The position numbers and the translations under genes are program-made. The notes beneath the pieces are model-generated. The model was not told the origin of the DNA. It worked only from the letters and a program-made list of their open reading frames with translations, and ran no database searches. A stretch of DNA of 57,097 nucleotides, counting the filler, from Asterionella formosa (taxonomy: Eukaryota), in assembly GCA_002256025.1 (NCBI GenBank). It is 4 parts of 4 records of this genome, joined end to end, with 100 filler letters (N's around TTAATTAATTAA, not from the genome) between each part and the next. Parts side by side here need not be neighbours in the genome. Positions count along the whole stretch, not along the records: positions 28,619 to 42,805 come from NKIB01006163.1; positions 42,906 to 57,097 come from NKIB01006165.1; 2 more parts are not named here. One strand, written 5' to 3'. Position 1 is the first letter of the stretch. Each line of letters begins with the position of its first letter. Shown here one piece after another: positions 36,180-47,322 of the stretch.

Positions 36180-38498
36180 ATGTTTCAAAAGGAAAGCTCT
36201 TGCTCTGTTGGCAATAGAAACAACAGCATCATGAAACAATTGGGAAAAAAGGAAAAGAAGAAGCTCCGTGATGCCATGATGAGACTCCATACACTATCTG
36301 ATATTGCTTCCATAACTGCTGATCCTATATCTGATACTGCTATAACGGATACTGCTACAAGCATCAGTCTGCTCATTGACGAAATCTGCATGGAAGGTAC
36401 AATCAGTGTTCAAACAATACGACATGACAAACTTGGAAAAGTTCAATTGTTTTACAAGCATCCAACAACAACAACAACAGCCACAACAGCAATAACCACA
36501 ATTAGAAATCGTACTCCTACGGAAAGCAACAACAATCATTGTTATTGGCCATTTTCTAAATTAACTCAATGTATTTGGATGACTGTGGAAGACAATAACA
36601 ACAACAAACATAATCATCAACAACAACATGCACCTACACCAGCATTCCTAAGTGTTATTCCAAACGCTATACCAATTATTTATATACCATCTCATATATC
36701 CAAATACATTTGTCGAGGAGCACATTTAATGCGAGCAGGAATGACAAGGACAATGATGCAACATACTACTACTACTACAACTACAAATTATGATGCTCCA
36801 TTCCCTAATCATGGAATTGTGGCAATTTGTGTAGAGGGAAATCCACAACCATTTTGTGTTGGAAAATTGACAGAGAATACTACACCTACTACTATTGGAC
36901 CTGGATCAATTGGAGTTGGTGTGGAAATTTGGTCTACCTATGGAGATGAGTTGTGGAAGACTACCAATCCAACAAATTACAAATTCCATCATACTGTTAC
37001 TTCTACTACTACTACAAACAGTCGTCATGATGATGATAATGACAATTATACTGGTGCTTCATCAATATCATTCAATCAACTTGGGGGAGGATACTATGAT
37101 AATGGACATTATGGAAATGTTGGTTTCATAGAAGGAAAGATTGTTCAACCCATCATTTTTAATGAAAACGATAATAATGAGCAGCCAGTACTACTCACAG
37201 GACAGGATGATGAAACCATGACATTCACAACAAGAAATAATAAGGAAAAGGACGATGAATCACAAACGTCATTTGGCATTCCAGTCTCTATTGAGGAATG
37301 TTTCACAACGGAACCACGAATGACAACAATAATGAATGACTTGTCAACCACAACAACAACAACAGCAACCACTGCTTCCACTACTATTGCAAATGATACC
37401 CATGAAACAATAGTAGAAACGGAAACGGAAACAGAAACAGAAACAGAAAATCCACACAATGTTCTTTTGCATCAAGCATTGTGCAAGGCTCTTGTGACTA
37501 TCAAGGACAAGGATCTACCAATGCCAACATCCATTTTTTATGCCAACCATGTCCTACCATCGAGACCATTGGGGACGACAATTGAACTTAAAAAGACAAC
37601 ATGGAAAAAGTTTGGACTATTTCTTCTAGAGATGCAAAGACAAGAACTGGTGACAGTCGCACCTGATCTTAGTAATAAGAATAATGCTGGATTTTTACAA
37701 AGCGTTAATCGGCATCATCAAGATTTGAGGGGCATCAAAAAGAATATAATGGTTGTCGATACAAAGAACCAATTGCCAAAAATGTCCATTGTTTCACTAT
37801 ACATAATTCCAAATCACTTTGTGGATTTGTTGAACTTACATGTTCATGATGTCAAGGCAACCAATGCTAAAAGTGAAGATAGACGAGGGACAGGCTTTTT
37901 GACGCAACCGGAAGTGAAAGCTATTTTGGAAAATTATTTAATGGAAAATGAATTGATTCAGACAAACCAAAAGTCTAAAACAGCTATAGATGCACCTCTG
38001 ACAGCAGCTCTGTTCAAGAAGGATCCCAATCCACCAATGATTATATCACGGAAAGACTTGAATGAACTATGGATCTCCAAGATGGAACATGCATATGCGC
38101 TGGTGGAAATGCCAGGATCAAAAATCCTTCAACTCAAACGTGGATTGCCACCCAAGGTGTTGTTGGAAGTAGAGAAGCGACAAAACAAGAAGTACATTAC
38201 TAGAGTGAGAGGATTGGAAGATTTTGGAGTTGATCCCGAGTCCTTTTGTCAAGATGTGGCCAAGCGATTTGCATGTTCTGGTACAGTTGAGACAGATGTA
38301 GGTCGACGAGCTGCCTTGAAAAAGAATCATGTGGAACTTGTTTTTCAGGGACACTTGGTCGACGAGCTCTGCGCCTTGCTCTTGGGGAATGAGAAGCTGA
38401 CTGCGCACGGTGGAGCCAAGGGGAGCGACTACTCCCTGCCGAAGGAATCAATTGAGGTGGAATTGAAAAAAGGTGTGACAGCGAAAAAGGTTCGATAG
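36180..38498 (+). CDS. EIF2D: Eukaryotic translation initiation factor 2D (ligatin)
   Basis: Pre-PUA/PUA (MFQK.., ICRGAHLMRAG, GVGVEIWSTYGDELW), winged-helix region (IELKKTTWKKFGLFL), SWIB-like segment and SUI1 domain (EKRQNKKYITRVRGLEDFGVDP...FQG). Confidence 0.9.
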   Translation: MFQKESSCSVGNRNNSIMKQLGKKEKKKLRDAMMRLHTLSDIASITADPISDTAITDTATSISLLIDEICMEGTISVQTIRHDKLGKVQLFYKHPTTTTTATTAITTIRNRTPTESNNNHCYWPFSKLTQCIWMTVEDNNNNKHNHQQQHAPTPAFLSVIPNAIPIIYIPSHISKYICRGAHLMRAGMTRTMMQHTTTTTTTNYDAPFPNHGIVAICVEGNPQPFCVGKLTENTTPTTIGPGSIGVGVEIWSTYGDELWKTTNPTNYKFHHTVTSTTTTNSRHDDDNDNYTGASSISFNQLGGGYYDNGHYGNVGFIEGKIVQPIIFNENDNNEQPVLLTGQDDETMTFTTRNNKEKDDESQTSFGIPVSIEECFTTEPRMTTIMNDLSTTTTTTATTASTTIANDTHETIVETETETETETENPHNVLLHQALCKALVTIKDKDLPMPTSIFYANHVLPSRPLGTTIELKKTTWKKFGLFLLEMQRQELVTVAPDLSNKNNAGFLQSVNRHHQDLRGIKKNIMVVDTKNQLPKMSIVSLYIIPNHFVDLLNLHVHDVKATNAKSEDRRGTGFLTQPEVKAILENYLMENELIQTNQKSKTAIDAPLTAALFKKDPNPPMIISRKDLNELWISKMEHAYALVEMPGSKILQLKRGLPPKVLLEVEKRQNKKYITRVRGLEDFGVDPESFCQDVAKRFACSGTVETDVGRRAALKKNHVELVFQGHLVDELCALLLGNEKLTAHGGAKGSDYSLPKESIEVELKKGVTAKKVR

Positions 38499-39086
38499 AG
38501 GGTAAACAAAATGGATCAGAATTTACAATTAAAAAACCTGATGTAGCGGTACTCCTTTGAGCTCCGATGTATGTACCACTTCATGCACTATGTAACCGGT
38601 ATTTTAGCGTGTGCACCATTCAGGAGTACCAGATACCCCTGATACATCCTGGTAGTGTTGTTTGCAAAGGTATTTGTCGTAGTCACGTGATCATTTTCGT
38701 ATTCTATCGCCTAGCACTTCGTGGTGAGTTCTGCCCCTGGTACCCGATATCCTGGTACCATGTACCAGGTACTCCAATGTAGCAGGGAATAGGAAGCATA
38801 ATATAAAACACCTGTTGACATAATCACGACGATACCATATGCCTTCGTCGGACACAGAGAAACTACCGTATTTACCAAGTAATATTCTACTATTGCTTGT
38901 GTGCTCTATGAATAAATTTCATAGCCTGTTGGATATACAGCTAGTAGCAATTAAATCCATAGGTTCAAGCTCCAGGACATACCTACATACGTATTGGTCA
39001 CATGTATCTCCACCATACTGCGTCTGTTAACGATAGAATGACTCCACCAGAGGTTCATTGAAATAATCCTCTGCTAGGGAATACCA

Positions 39087-39176
39087 GCAAGTTACGGTAT
39101 TTTTGCTCAAACTAAAGATTTAGCTATCTTTATCCTAGATTAAAATGTTAGTTTAAGCAAAATGACCGCAACTTGC
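39087..39176 (+). mobile_element. ~90-bp MITE-like dispersed repeat, copy B (best terminal inverted repeats)
   Basis: Left end gcaagttacggtatttttgct matches the reverse complement of the right end (gcaagttgcggtcattttgct), a ~21-bp imperfect TIR. Confidence 0.65.
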
Positions 39177-39719
39177 AGGTAGCGGAACCGATACTACAAG
39201 GCTACAGGTACCTGGTAATGTACCATATCACCATGCTCCTTGAACATAATACGGTATATATAAAGAAATATATGATATGATAGTATATTTTGTCCCCCTA
39301 TTTCGATATTTCGTCCCCATCTTTTTGATAAACCCTTATTACCTATATAGGCTACACAGCGTCTGCAAATAAAAAATATTGTACTTAAAAGATCAGGGGT
39401 ATCATACAATAACTGGCACAGAATTTTTCTGCGCATGATACATATTTCGTTACATGTATGATAAATGCATACTATGAAAGTGAACAGGCTAAGCTTACTC
39501 ATAATAAACAAACCACCATATAATTATCAAAACATTATCCTATGATGTATATTCTTTTATCATATACCTATCCTGCCTTATATGATGGTAACTCTAATCG
39601 AAATAGCTATTAAAAATAGGTTGAAATGGATTGTAATTTTACTGTTATATCACGAAATCATTTTATGTTTCTACGTTTTGTGTGGTTAAACAGCCAATGT
39701 TCCCCTTTTCTATTCTTGT

Positions 39720-39900
39720 CTCAATGCTCTTGATGCATGCCTCCTGCCTCCCTTCAATGCTCATGAGGATGCATGCCTCCCACACTTCCCTTCAATGCTC
39801 GTGAGGATGCATGCCTCTCCCCCATTTCCCTTCGATGCTCTTGAGGATGCATTGCATCCTGCCTTCAAATCTCTTGATGCATGCATCCCGCCTCCCTTCC
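39720..39900. repeat. Degenerate minisatellite, ~5 units of 32-40 bp
   Basis: Core ttcaatgctc(t/a/g)tgaggatgcatgcctcc repeated with pyrimidine-rich joins. Confidence 0.8.
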
Positions 39901-40903
39901 ACTCAGATTCTGAAACTCATCTGATTTCATGCTGCAAATCCTATTTCCTTTTGATCCGATTCTGTTTTATCTATTTTGATTTCCTAACCGTAACAACAAT
40001 GAGAAGGAATTATCGCTCGTTAGCCATATTTTGTTTATATCTCAACACTGCAGTCCCATTTTAGCATGCTCCACTTATCAGAAATCGATGAACTTTTCGC
40101 ATAATTCAGTAAAATAATGTGTCAGTCACTGATCACATAAGTACAAATCAATAAACCGTTCCACCCATGTCATTTATAACTTACAACAAAAATCTTTGAT
40201 TAAAATTATCCTGAAAGATTGAAAAACAAACATGTGTCAGTGATGTTCTAACAGTGGCTCATTGATCCAACAAGAGAATTTATAAGTTTTTGATCGACAT
40301 TAGTGGTATCCCGCTGAATGCGAAATGTGCTTTTGAATTGTTAGGGAAGGAGGCAATCATTTTGTCTTTGTGAACCCAACAATTGATCACCTTGGCATGT
40401 ACTCTTGACATACCATAGCTAGATTCCATTCTCTCTTCCATTTTCAATCCTTGCTTCTAAGCCGCAAGGTTTATCATCATGGTGTGCGTTGAAGCGTCGT
40501 TCTTTCAGTTTTCCTGGCTTGTCACAGGGCAGAGATTATCTTTCATTTCAGGATCATGTGGTACCGGTAGGCATAACAAGGAACCTCTAAACATGACTTC
40601 AAATGTATAGGCTACTATGTATACATTTATAAAAATTTGAAAACAAATAAATATATACCCATAATGTTTATACTATCATCAATTAAGCTTATACATAATT
40701 CAAATATATACAATGCATGAGGATATCATTCTTTTCCACGACCTGATGTATTGTCTTTGAATTTTTCCGCATCAATTCTTGTACCTACAAGTAAGTAATT
40801 TAATTTAGCCCCTCAATTAGCGGGAGTCATACGAAATTTTTCATATGGTACAAATCATAAAATATTGACCGGTAGATGAATCGCTCGAATCAATCTTTAT
40901 GGT

Positions 40904-41104
40904 TTACAGATTATACCTCCTGGTTAGAAATGATTGCCAATAAATAAGATCACAGATGACAATTTTTAGCTTTTTCGATCTTACTTTTAACATGAATATA
41001 TCTTACTACTAAAAAATTACAGATCATACTTTCTGGTTAGATATGATTGCCAATAAATAAGATCACAGATAACAACTTTTAGCTCGTTTGATCTTACTTT
41101 TAAC
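40904..41104. repeat. 88-bp direct repeat x2
   Basis: ttacagat...atgattgccaataaataagatcacagat...gatcttacttttaac at 40904-40991 and 41017-41104. Confidence 0.88.
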
Positions 41105-41107
41105 CTA

Positions 41108-41380
41108 AGTACGAGGTGATATTAGATATCAATGTCACCTTGTTTGTACGAGAACAACGTGTTATTGCGTCCCCTCCATCACCAATAGACAATACCAATG
41201 TCGTCACCTTGTCTGTACAAGAACGTGTTGTAGCCTGAGTACGAGGTGACAATAGATACCAATGTCACCTTGTTTGTACGAGAAAGTGTTACTGCGTCCC
41301 CTTCATCACCAACAGATACCAATGCCACATTGGTGTACGACTACGTGATAGCTATTGCGTACCCTCAATCACCTTTAGAT
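41108..41380. repeat. ~130-bp-period direct repeat (2 copies plus partial)
   Basis: agtacgaggtga..tagata.caatgtcaccttgtttgtacgagaa...tgcgtcccc..catcaccaa.aga at 41108 and 41238. Confidence 0.82.
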
Positions 41381-41413
41381 ACCGGTATACCAAAGTCACT
41401 CCGTAACCCTATT

Positions 41414-41690
41414 ACTATCATGGGCATGATTCAAATTCAAATCAATAGAACACGTAGTACGTTTACATACAAATATCTGTGCAACATACCGGTATATAGG
41501 TGTCACTATGATGGACATGATTTGAATTCAAATCAATCGTATGCATACTGGTACGTACGTTTACATGCAGAAAAATTTGTGCTACATATATACCGGTAGG
41601 TACCGGTATCCCGATGATGGGCATGATTAAAATTCAAATCAATCGTGTATATACGTTTACATGCAAAAAATCTGTGCAACATATTGGTAC
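41414..41690. repeat. ~90-105-bp direct repeat x3
   Basis: atgggcatgatt.aaattcaaatcaat...tacgtttacat.ca.a.a.t.tgtgc.acata at ~41414, ~41505 and ~41613. The first two copies end in TACCGGTA. Confidence 0.82.
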
Positions 41691-42107
41691 TACTACCACT
41701 TAAAAACTGTAAGCCACCGTTATTTTACTCTATCTTTCGACTAAAAATATTTATGTAATTCAACGATCAAAACTTGACGCAAGTACAAAGCTTATGTTAG
41801 ACAATGCTCTCTGCTATACTATTAAGTAATCAGTTTTGATTCTGTGTATCTAGCCATGAAGAAATAATTTTTCCAAAGTCAGTAATATTATTGCATAGCG
41901 GTGGCTTACAGTGCATATTTTTCTGTGTACATGTATATATTTTCCCCCCAAACCGTGTTTATTTTTACTCCGTTAATACTACAAAAATTATTTTCTTATT
42001 ACTTTACGTTTTACACTTTTGCAGGGCAGCATCTTTGTCGGAGAATTCTTCTGATGCATTATATAAATCTCGAGCTTCTTTGCATCCAATTACTTGCTGG
42101 CGGAGTC

Positions 42108-42803
42108 TCAAACTTCATCACGGAATGGTGGATCCTCGGCAGTAGCAGTTGTAGAAGGAGAGGGAATAGCAACAGGAGGAGGTGCAGTAACAACAACCAC
42201 AGCAATAGGAGGTGCATGGAGAGGGAATGGCGGCAGCTGGTCACCACGGTGATTGGTGTCGTAGATTCTTGTTATCAGAGCTTGCCTTGTTTGTGGAACC
42301 GGCAAATCACCTGATCGTTTGTACCAACGCACCATTAATTTCAATTCTGGCATAGACATCTGTTCTTTTGTTTTGTTCTGATCCTTCAATGTAAGTACTT
42401 TTCCGCGAAGTGTATTGAATTCTTGTTGCCTTTTTGTTTCTTTTGTACTAATGACAATGTCTGAAATTCGCTTCCGTTCCAGTGTAGCAGCAAGAATATT
42501 TGGCCCAAGAGCAAAGGTTTGTGCAGAGGCCAGTAGTCCTGCTGTTATCCTCTTCTTGTGTCCCTCAATGTGTGAATCCGCTGTCTCCTTTCTCTTTCTA
42601 GCTTGGGCCTCCCAGTCGATTCCATTTCGCACATCCTCGCGTTTGCAAAAATCGTTAATTCTTCCAACAATTGTTCCAGCAAAGCCAGTTTGGAGGTTTA
42701 ACTCATCAGGAGGGAGAGTGGCAGTCTCTGTGGGCGCATTGATGTTCTGTTGTGGTTGGGTTAGTTGAATTTCAGGGTGAAGCAAGACATTATAGTTCAG
42801 GGG
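42108..42803 (-). mobile_element. C-terminal part of a pogo-like (Tc1/mariner superfamily) transposase, truncated by scaffold end
   Basis: Frame is open to the scaffold edge: PLNYNVLLHPEI...LNLQTGFAG...KRITAGLL...ELKLMVRWYKRSGDLPVP. This resembles the post-DDE tail of stramenopile pogo-like elements, but the catalytic domain is not in view. Confidence 0.55.
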
Positions 42804-42805
42804 AT

Positions 42806-42905
42806 NNNNNNNNNNNNNNNNNNNNNNNNNNNNNNNNNNNNNNNNNNNNTTAATTAATTAANNNNNNNNNNNNNNNNNNNNNNNNNNNNNNNNNNNNNNN
42901 NNNNN
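42806..42905. other. Artificial scaffold-joining linker
   Basis: 44N-TTAATTAATTAA(42850-42861)-44N. Confidence 0.97.
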
Positions 42906-42959
42906 AGCAGGTTAATTAACTTCATTTATATAGCGCCTTCTTTAGGTTAGGATTGAAAT

Positions 42960-43800
42960 ATATGGTGCCTACTCAAGTGCTCTCAAGTACTGCCCTGGAA
43001 TGACTAGTCAAGATCTTTCTCGCGCCGCTTGTCTGCATATTATTTTGCTATATAAATCCTGTCTATTTCTGTTTAGACCTTCTTCAGACTACCTAGTTTT
43101 CGGACACCTGTCGACATCAACAGCCTAACAGACATACTCTGACAGGTTAGTAGGGGAGCCCGCATAACTATTTTCACTTGACCAAAAGATTAGACAAAGT
43201 GACCCAAAGTTAAGAAACCAACTGGGGACCCAACATTCCCAGCTGAGGTCAGATATGAAAAAATCTTTCGAAGAATAGAACAATGAGCAGATTCAAGTGC
43301 TGCCATTGACTCACTCCACTGATCTTGGCCTAGAGAATGAACTCAATGAGCCAAATGTTGATGAGGCAAATGTTGAGTTTATAGCAATTTCTGGGGAGAG
43401 TGTAGGCAATGGTGGAGCAACATAGGCCACTTGTGCTAATTTCTCTGGTTAAAGATTTCCTCAACCTATGATGTCCCCTTGGTTTAGAGATAAGTTAACA
43501 GCGTCAAACAATGTTAACAAAGTGCTTTCTCTTCTCTCAATGTAGTTGCTTCAGAAGGCTAGTAGAAGCATTATTGATAACCTGCAGCAGCAACTAACAA
43601 AATATAATGAACATGATGATTTCAATCCATGTTGCTTGAATTGTGGGGTACTTCAAACAACCAGCCTCCTCAACTGCCAGTGCCAAACCCATTCAGGAAA
43701 TGATTGCTTCGAACGTGACATCAATGCAGCAAACAGTGCAAAGTCTAAAAAGCAGAAATCAATGTAAAACAAATTTTTTCAGCCTCAAGTGAATGTCGAA
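42960..43800 (+). pseudogene. Degenerate DUF6818/Myb-like accessory ORF of a Harbinger element
   Basis: KKPTGDPTFPAEVRYEKIFRRIEQ at ~43212-43283 matches the PTGDPxxPxxVxxAKxI pattern and is followed by an acidic tract. Convergent with the transposase relic. Multiple stops. Confidence 0.55.
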
Positions 43801-43959
43801 CTCCAAGAAATAACAGTGATAGTAGTATTGACGATGAATAACCTTACACTAATTTATTCTAAGATATAAATGCAAGCAGTGATGATAAATAATCATAAAT
43901 AAATAAATTCTATGAATTATATAGCATATCTATTGTTAGCATTCCTATGCAAATAGGGC

Positions 43960-45150
43960 ATGTAAACAGCAGGAATTTGGTTCTGACTAACTTTGCGCTT
44001 GCAAACATGAAAGTTGCAGAGCAATACAATCATTCAGTATTAATTTTCAATAACAATATTTGTCTTTGATTCTTGGAAATGATTCCTGAAGGCATCGTTT
44101 TCCACATTTCGACAGCTGTCAGATTGATGTGGCTTGGCGATTCACACCAAATCTTTGTTGAGGATTACCATTTGCATGAACATTATTTTGATGCGATTTC
44201 AGCTTTGCATTTGAGCTCTTAGATGCAAATGCTTAATACACAACTGCGTTTTCACCTCTGTCTCTGTTAACCGTTTCAATTTGGTCACAAATCGATGACC
44301 GAATTGCCATGGTGGAGTCATGGAGAACACCAGGTGAATTGAAATAAGGGCAGCAAATTTCGCCATCAGGACAAAAAAGAAACTAATTTTTCACATACTA
44401 GTAGCGTTCATGAGTCCATCCATTGTAGAAGTTTTTCGCTGTGTTTCATTTCTAGCTCGTTGCAGGGTCAGTTTCTGACCACCCATTGTTGCTCCCCAAC
44501 AATTTTTTATCAAAGGGTATTTCTTATGAATCATGGTTGCAAATAAGGTGGCTCCGTCTGCAGTTGGTAGTCTCACAATGGCATCTTCATTTGTCAGAAG
44601 CACATTTATAATCATTTGTCTTGAAAACCTCATGCAAAAACTCAAGGAACCATGAGTTGAACAAAAATTAAAATTTTGAATAATCTTATAGGAACCACGG
44701 GTTCTGGTCCATGCCAACTCAAGCGCTAGACAACTAACAGAACAAAGGTATCCTTGCAGACCTTTCTTGGTTGCTGAATCTCTAATAATGAAACTTGTGT
44801 TTTTCTACAGGGAGTAGAGGAGTCAAAACAAGGAATAAATAGTATTTTGTAGGAGCTCGAAAGAAGCATGGTCAAACCAAGACAATGTGATGAGAGCATC
44901 ATCCTCATGTTTGATGTTGAACAAGGTCCAGAATGGACTTGCCAACAATGGATGTTGTAGTGTGTTGCGCCGGATTTTACCGCTTCTTCTTCTAACGTCA
45001 TCAACAGTCAAGCTTTCACTTAACGATGGCGTCTTGTTTACTGACAGATTGCATGCTGCTAACAATAGCAATGTGATGATAATATCATCATCATCAAGAG
45101 ATGAGAGGAAAGCCGACATGGTCAATGACTGAGGACAATGGTGAAACAAT
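43960..45150 (-). mobile_element. Harbinger (DDE_Tnp_4) transposase pseudogene
   Basis: RRRSGKIRRNTLQHP..SPFWTLF..DDALITLSWFDHASF, LAWTRTRGS, KKYPLIKNCWGA, FFCPDGE and SPGVLHDSTMA in canonical order with frameshifts. Confidence 0.8.
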
Positions 45151-45830
45151 GGAACTCACAGATATAATGAACAAGAGAAGGTATAACATACCAGAGGATG
45201 CATTGCTATGGAAATTTAGCTGCTATGAATTAAAGTTAAATATGTATTTAATGTCAGATAATTAATCTAAAATATCTTGATTATCAGGCAGAGCGCAATG
45301 ATGATATTAGGAGGGATCAAATCGCCAAAATAATCTGTGATATAATACACACATGGTGGCTAATATATTAATTTTTTATAATCAGAGTGCGCCGAGTAAA
45401 AGATAATAGAAATACACATAAAGATCACTTCTAAGTCGGCCAATGTTAATCAATCATCATCCAAAAGGCCGGCAAAGTTGGCCTTTTCAACAGTCACCAA
45501 ATCACGACATATCGAAAAGTCCCGATTGGAATAGGAGTCTTGTGAAGGGATTTTTAGTCTTCAAATCTCCTGCACATTATGCCTACGCGCCAATTTCCAA
45601 TATTTTAAATAATTCAAATGGAGTCACTGATATTCAAAATCACTCCCACAAATTCCCATTTCCAATGAAATTTGGGAATATAGTCTAGGGTTTCTAACTC
45701 AGCAACTTTAAGATATGTTATAGCAGATCTGCTTGACCCTTTCTGATTGGCGTGGAGTAATAATAAGGGCCTACGCATCCTGTTTATTGTTGTCTATTTT
45801 ACAAGTATTCTACTATACATCAGATTCCAC

Positions 45831-46100
45831 GTATGGCCGCAAACCTGGCATTTGTCAGATCTTTCTCATCATATTTTACGGCAGGTATGACCGCAAACCT
45901 GGCATTCGTCACATCATTCTTACCATATTTTACGGCAGGTATAGCCGCAAACCTGGTATTTGTCACATCATCCTCATCATATTTTACGGCAGGTATGGCC
46001 GCAAACCTGGCATTCGTCACATCATTCTCATCATATTTTATGGCTGGTATTGCCGCAAACCTGGCATTCATCACGTTATTCTCATGATATTTTACGAGCA
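45831..46100. repeat. 54-bp tandem repeat x5 overlapping the stop codon of the fibrillin gene
   Basis: Unit gtatggccgcaaacctggcattcgtcacatcattctcatcatattttacggcag, contiguous with no spacers. Confidence 0.93.
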
Positions 46101-46852
46101 CATATTCTAGTTCGAAGTACCTCAAAATCAAAAACTATGAGATTTTCAGATAGGAATGAGATGGGGAACACTGAGAAAGGTCGAATAAATAGGAATTTTC
46201 CAACATTTGTGATGACGGCTTTGGTCAAGTTATCTGGAACATCAGAAAATTTTGCGTAGCACTGATCCTCATCTGATTTTGACACATGCCTTACCCAAGC
46301 ATTGTCCCAAGCAATTTCGCACACATTGTCCGAAACTGATCCGTATGTCCCACTGACAGATAGGTAGATACTTTTGAGACCTAGCATCCATGGAAAGTTA
46401 AACACCTTAGCGTGGCTTTCAATAGTTCCATCTGAGTAGAGAATATATTGAACATCTAGATTGCCTCCTCCAAACAAGGCTTCGCCAAGCTTCATATGTG
46501 GGGCATATATTACTTGCCAAGTCCCAGTAGCAACCTTCATCATGGACTCTAATCGTCCAGGATTCAAAATTGACACTTTCTTGCCCGCAGGCTTTCCCAA
46601 AGGAAAAGAAGTGGCATCCACCACCATCTTGTTCTCGATCAGCAAGGTAAGCATCCGAGTCCGTTCGGAACTTGCATTATTGAGCTCACTATCATTATCC
46701 AATAGTCGCAAGAATGTCTCTGGATCACTTGCGGCTGTCGAGCGAAGCTCAGTTGGAGTTGCAAACGGCAGAGGAGAAATGCCTGGTAATAGAAATGCCT
46801 TCGCTGGCAAGACGTAGGTTGTGAAGAGGATTGGGAGGACAAATGATTTCAT
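46082..46852 (-). CDS. Plastid-targeted PAP/fibrillin-domain protein
   Basis: Likely start MKSFVLPILFTTYVLPAKA|FLLP (signal peptide plus Phe-initiated transit peptide). Lipocalin-like GTWQVIYAPH and C-terminal VFPISFLSENLIVFDF..LRTRICARK. Confidence 0.65.
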   Translation of the reverse strand: MKSFVLPILFTTYVLPAKAFLLPGISPLPFATPTELRSTAASDPETFLRLLDNDSELNNASSERTRMLTLLIENKMVVDATSFPLGKPAGKKVSILNPGRLESMMKVATGTWQVIYAPHMKLGEALFGGGNLDVQYILYSDGTIESHAKVFNFPWMLGLKSIYLSVSGTYGSVSDNVCEIAWDNAWVRHVSKSDEDQCYAKFSDVPDNLTKAVITNVGKFLFIRPFSVFPISFLSENLIVFDFEVLRTRICARKIS

Positions 46853-47223
46853 TGATGTTGTTGTATGCTCGGAGCACATGAATCTGCTCAACATAACAAT
46901 AGCAACGACTTCAGCAATACAAATACCGAACATGATCACGAGTCACCATCAGCCAGCGCTCGATTCCATTTCCGGGTTCTGTGCAGGTGTAAAATTAAAT
47001 CAGGCCCTCATCGAGACGAGGATGATGATACAGGGGGCGCTCTGAAGTAAAAGAACAGTACACACAACATTTTTCGTTTCAAACTAGATGCGACTAAAAG
47101 GGTAACTGATTTTGGTGTTGAAAAGAATTCTAATTTCTTCGAATTGTTTAGAGCTAAATTAATTTCGTCTCGTCGCTGCCATCGAGAGCAAGGAAACAAG
47201 GGGTCAATTGGAAAACAATTTCG

Positions 47224-47322
47224 TTCATTTGCTTGCCAATCCTGGTCACAGTTTAGACTTAAGCTAATGTATAAACAGCAAGCATAAATCTGAAATGTGA
47301 CCAGAATTGGCTAAGAGATGAA
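47224..47322. repeat. Imperfect inverted repeat (~40-bp arms, ~15-nt loop)
   Basis: Left arm catttgcttgccaatcctggtcacagtttagacttaagct versus reverse complement of right arm catctcttagccaattctggtcacatttcagatttatgct. Confidence 0.75.

Noticed and set aside
42108..45150. Composite transposon formed by pogo-like and Harbinger pieces
   Set aside because: The pieces are separated by an artificial linker and belong to different scaffolds.
45831..46100. Possible CRISPR array
   Set aside because: Units are contiguous with no unique spacers, there are no cas genes, and the context is eukaryotic. It is a minisatellite.
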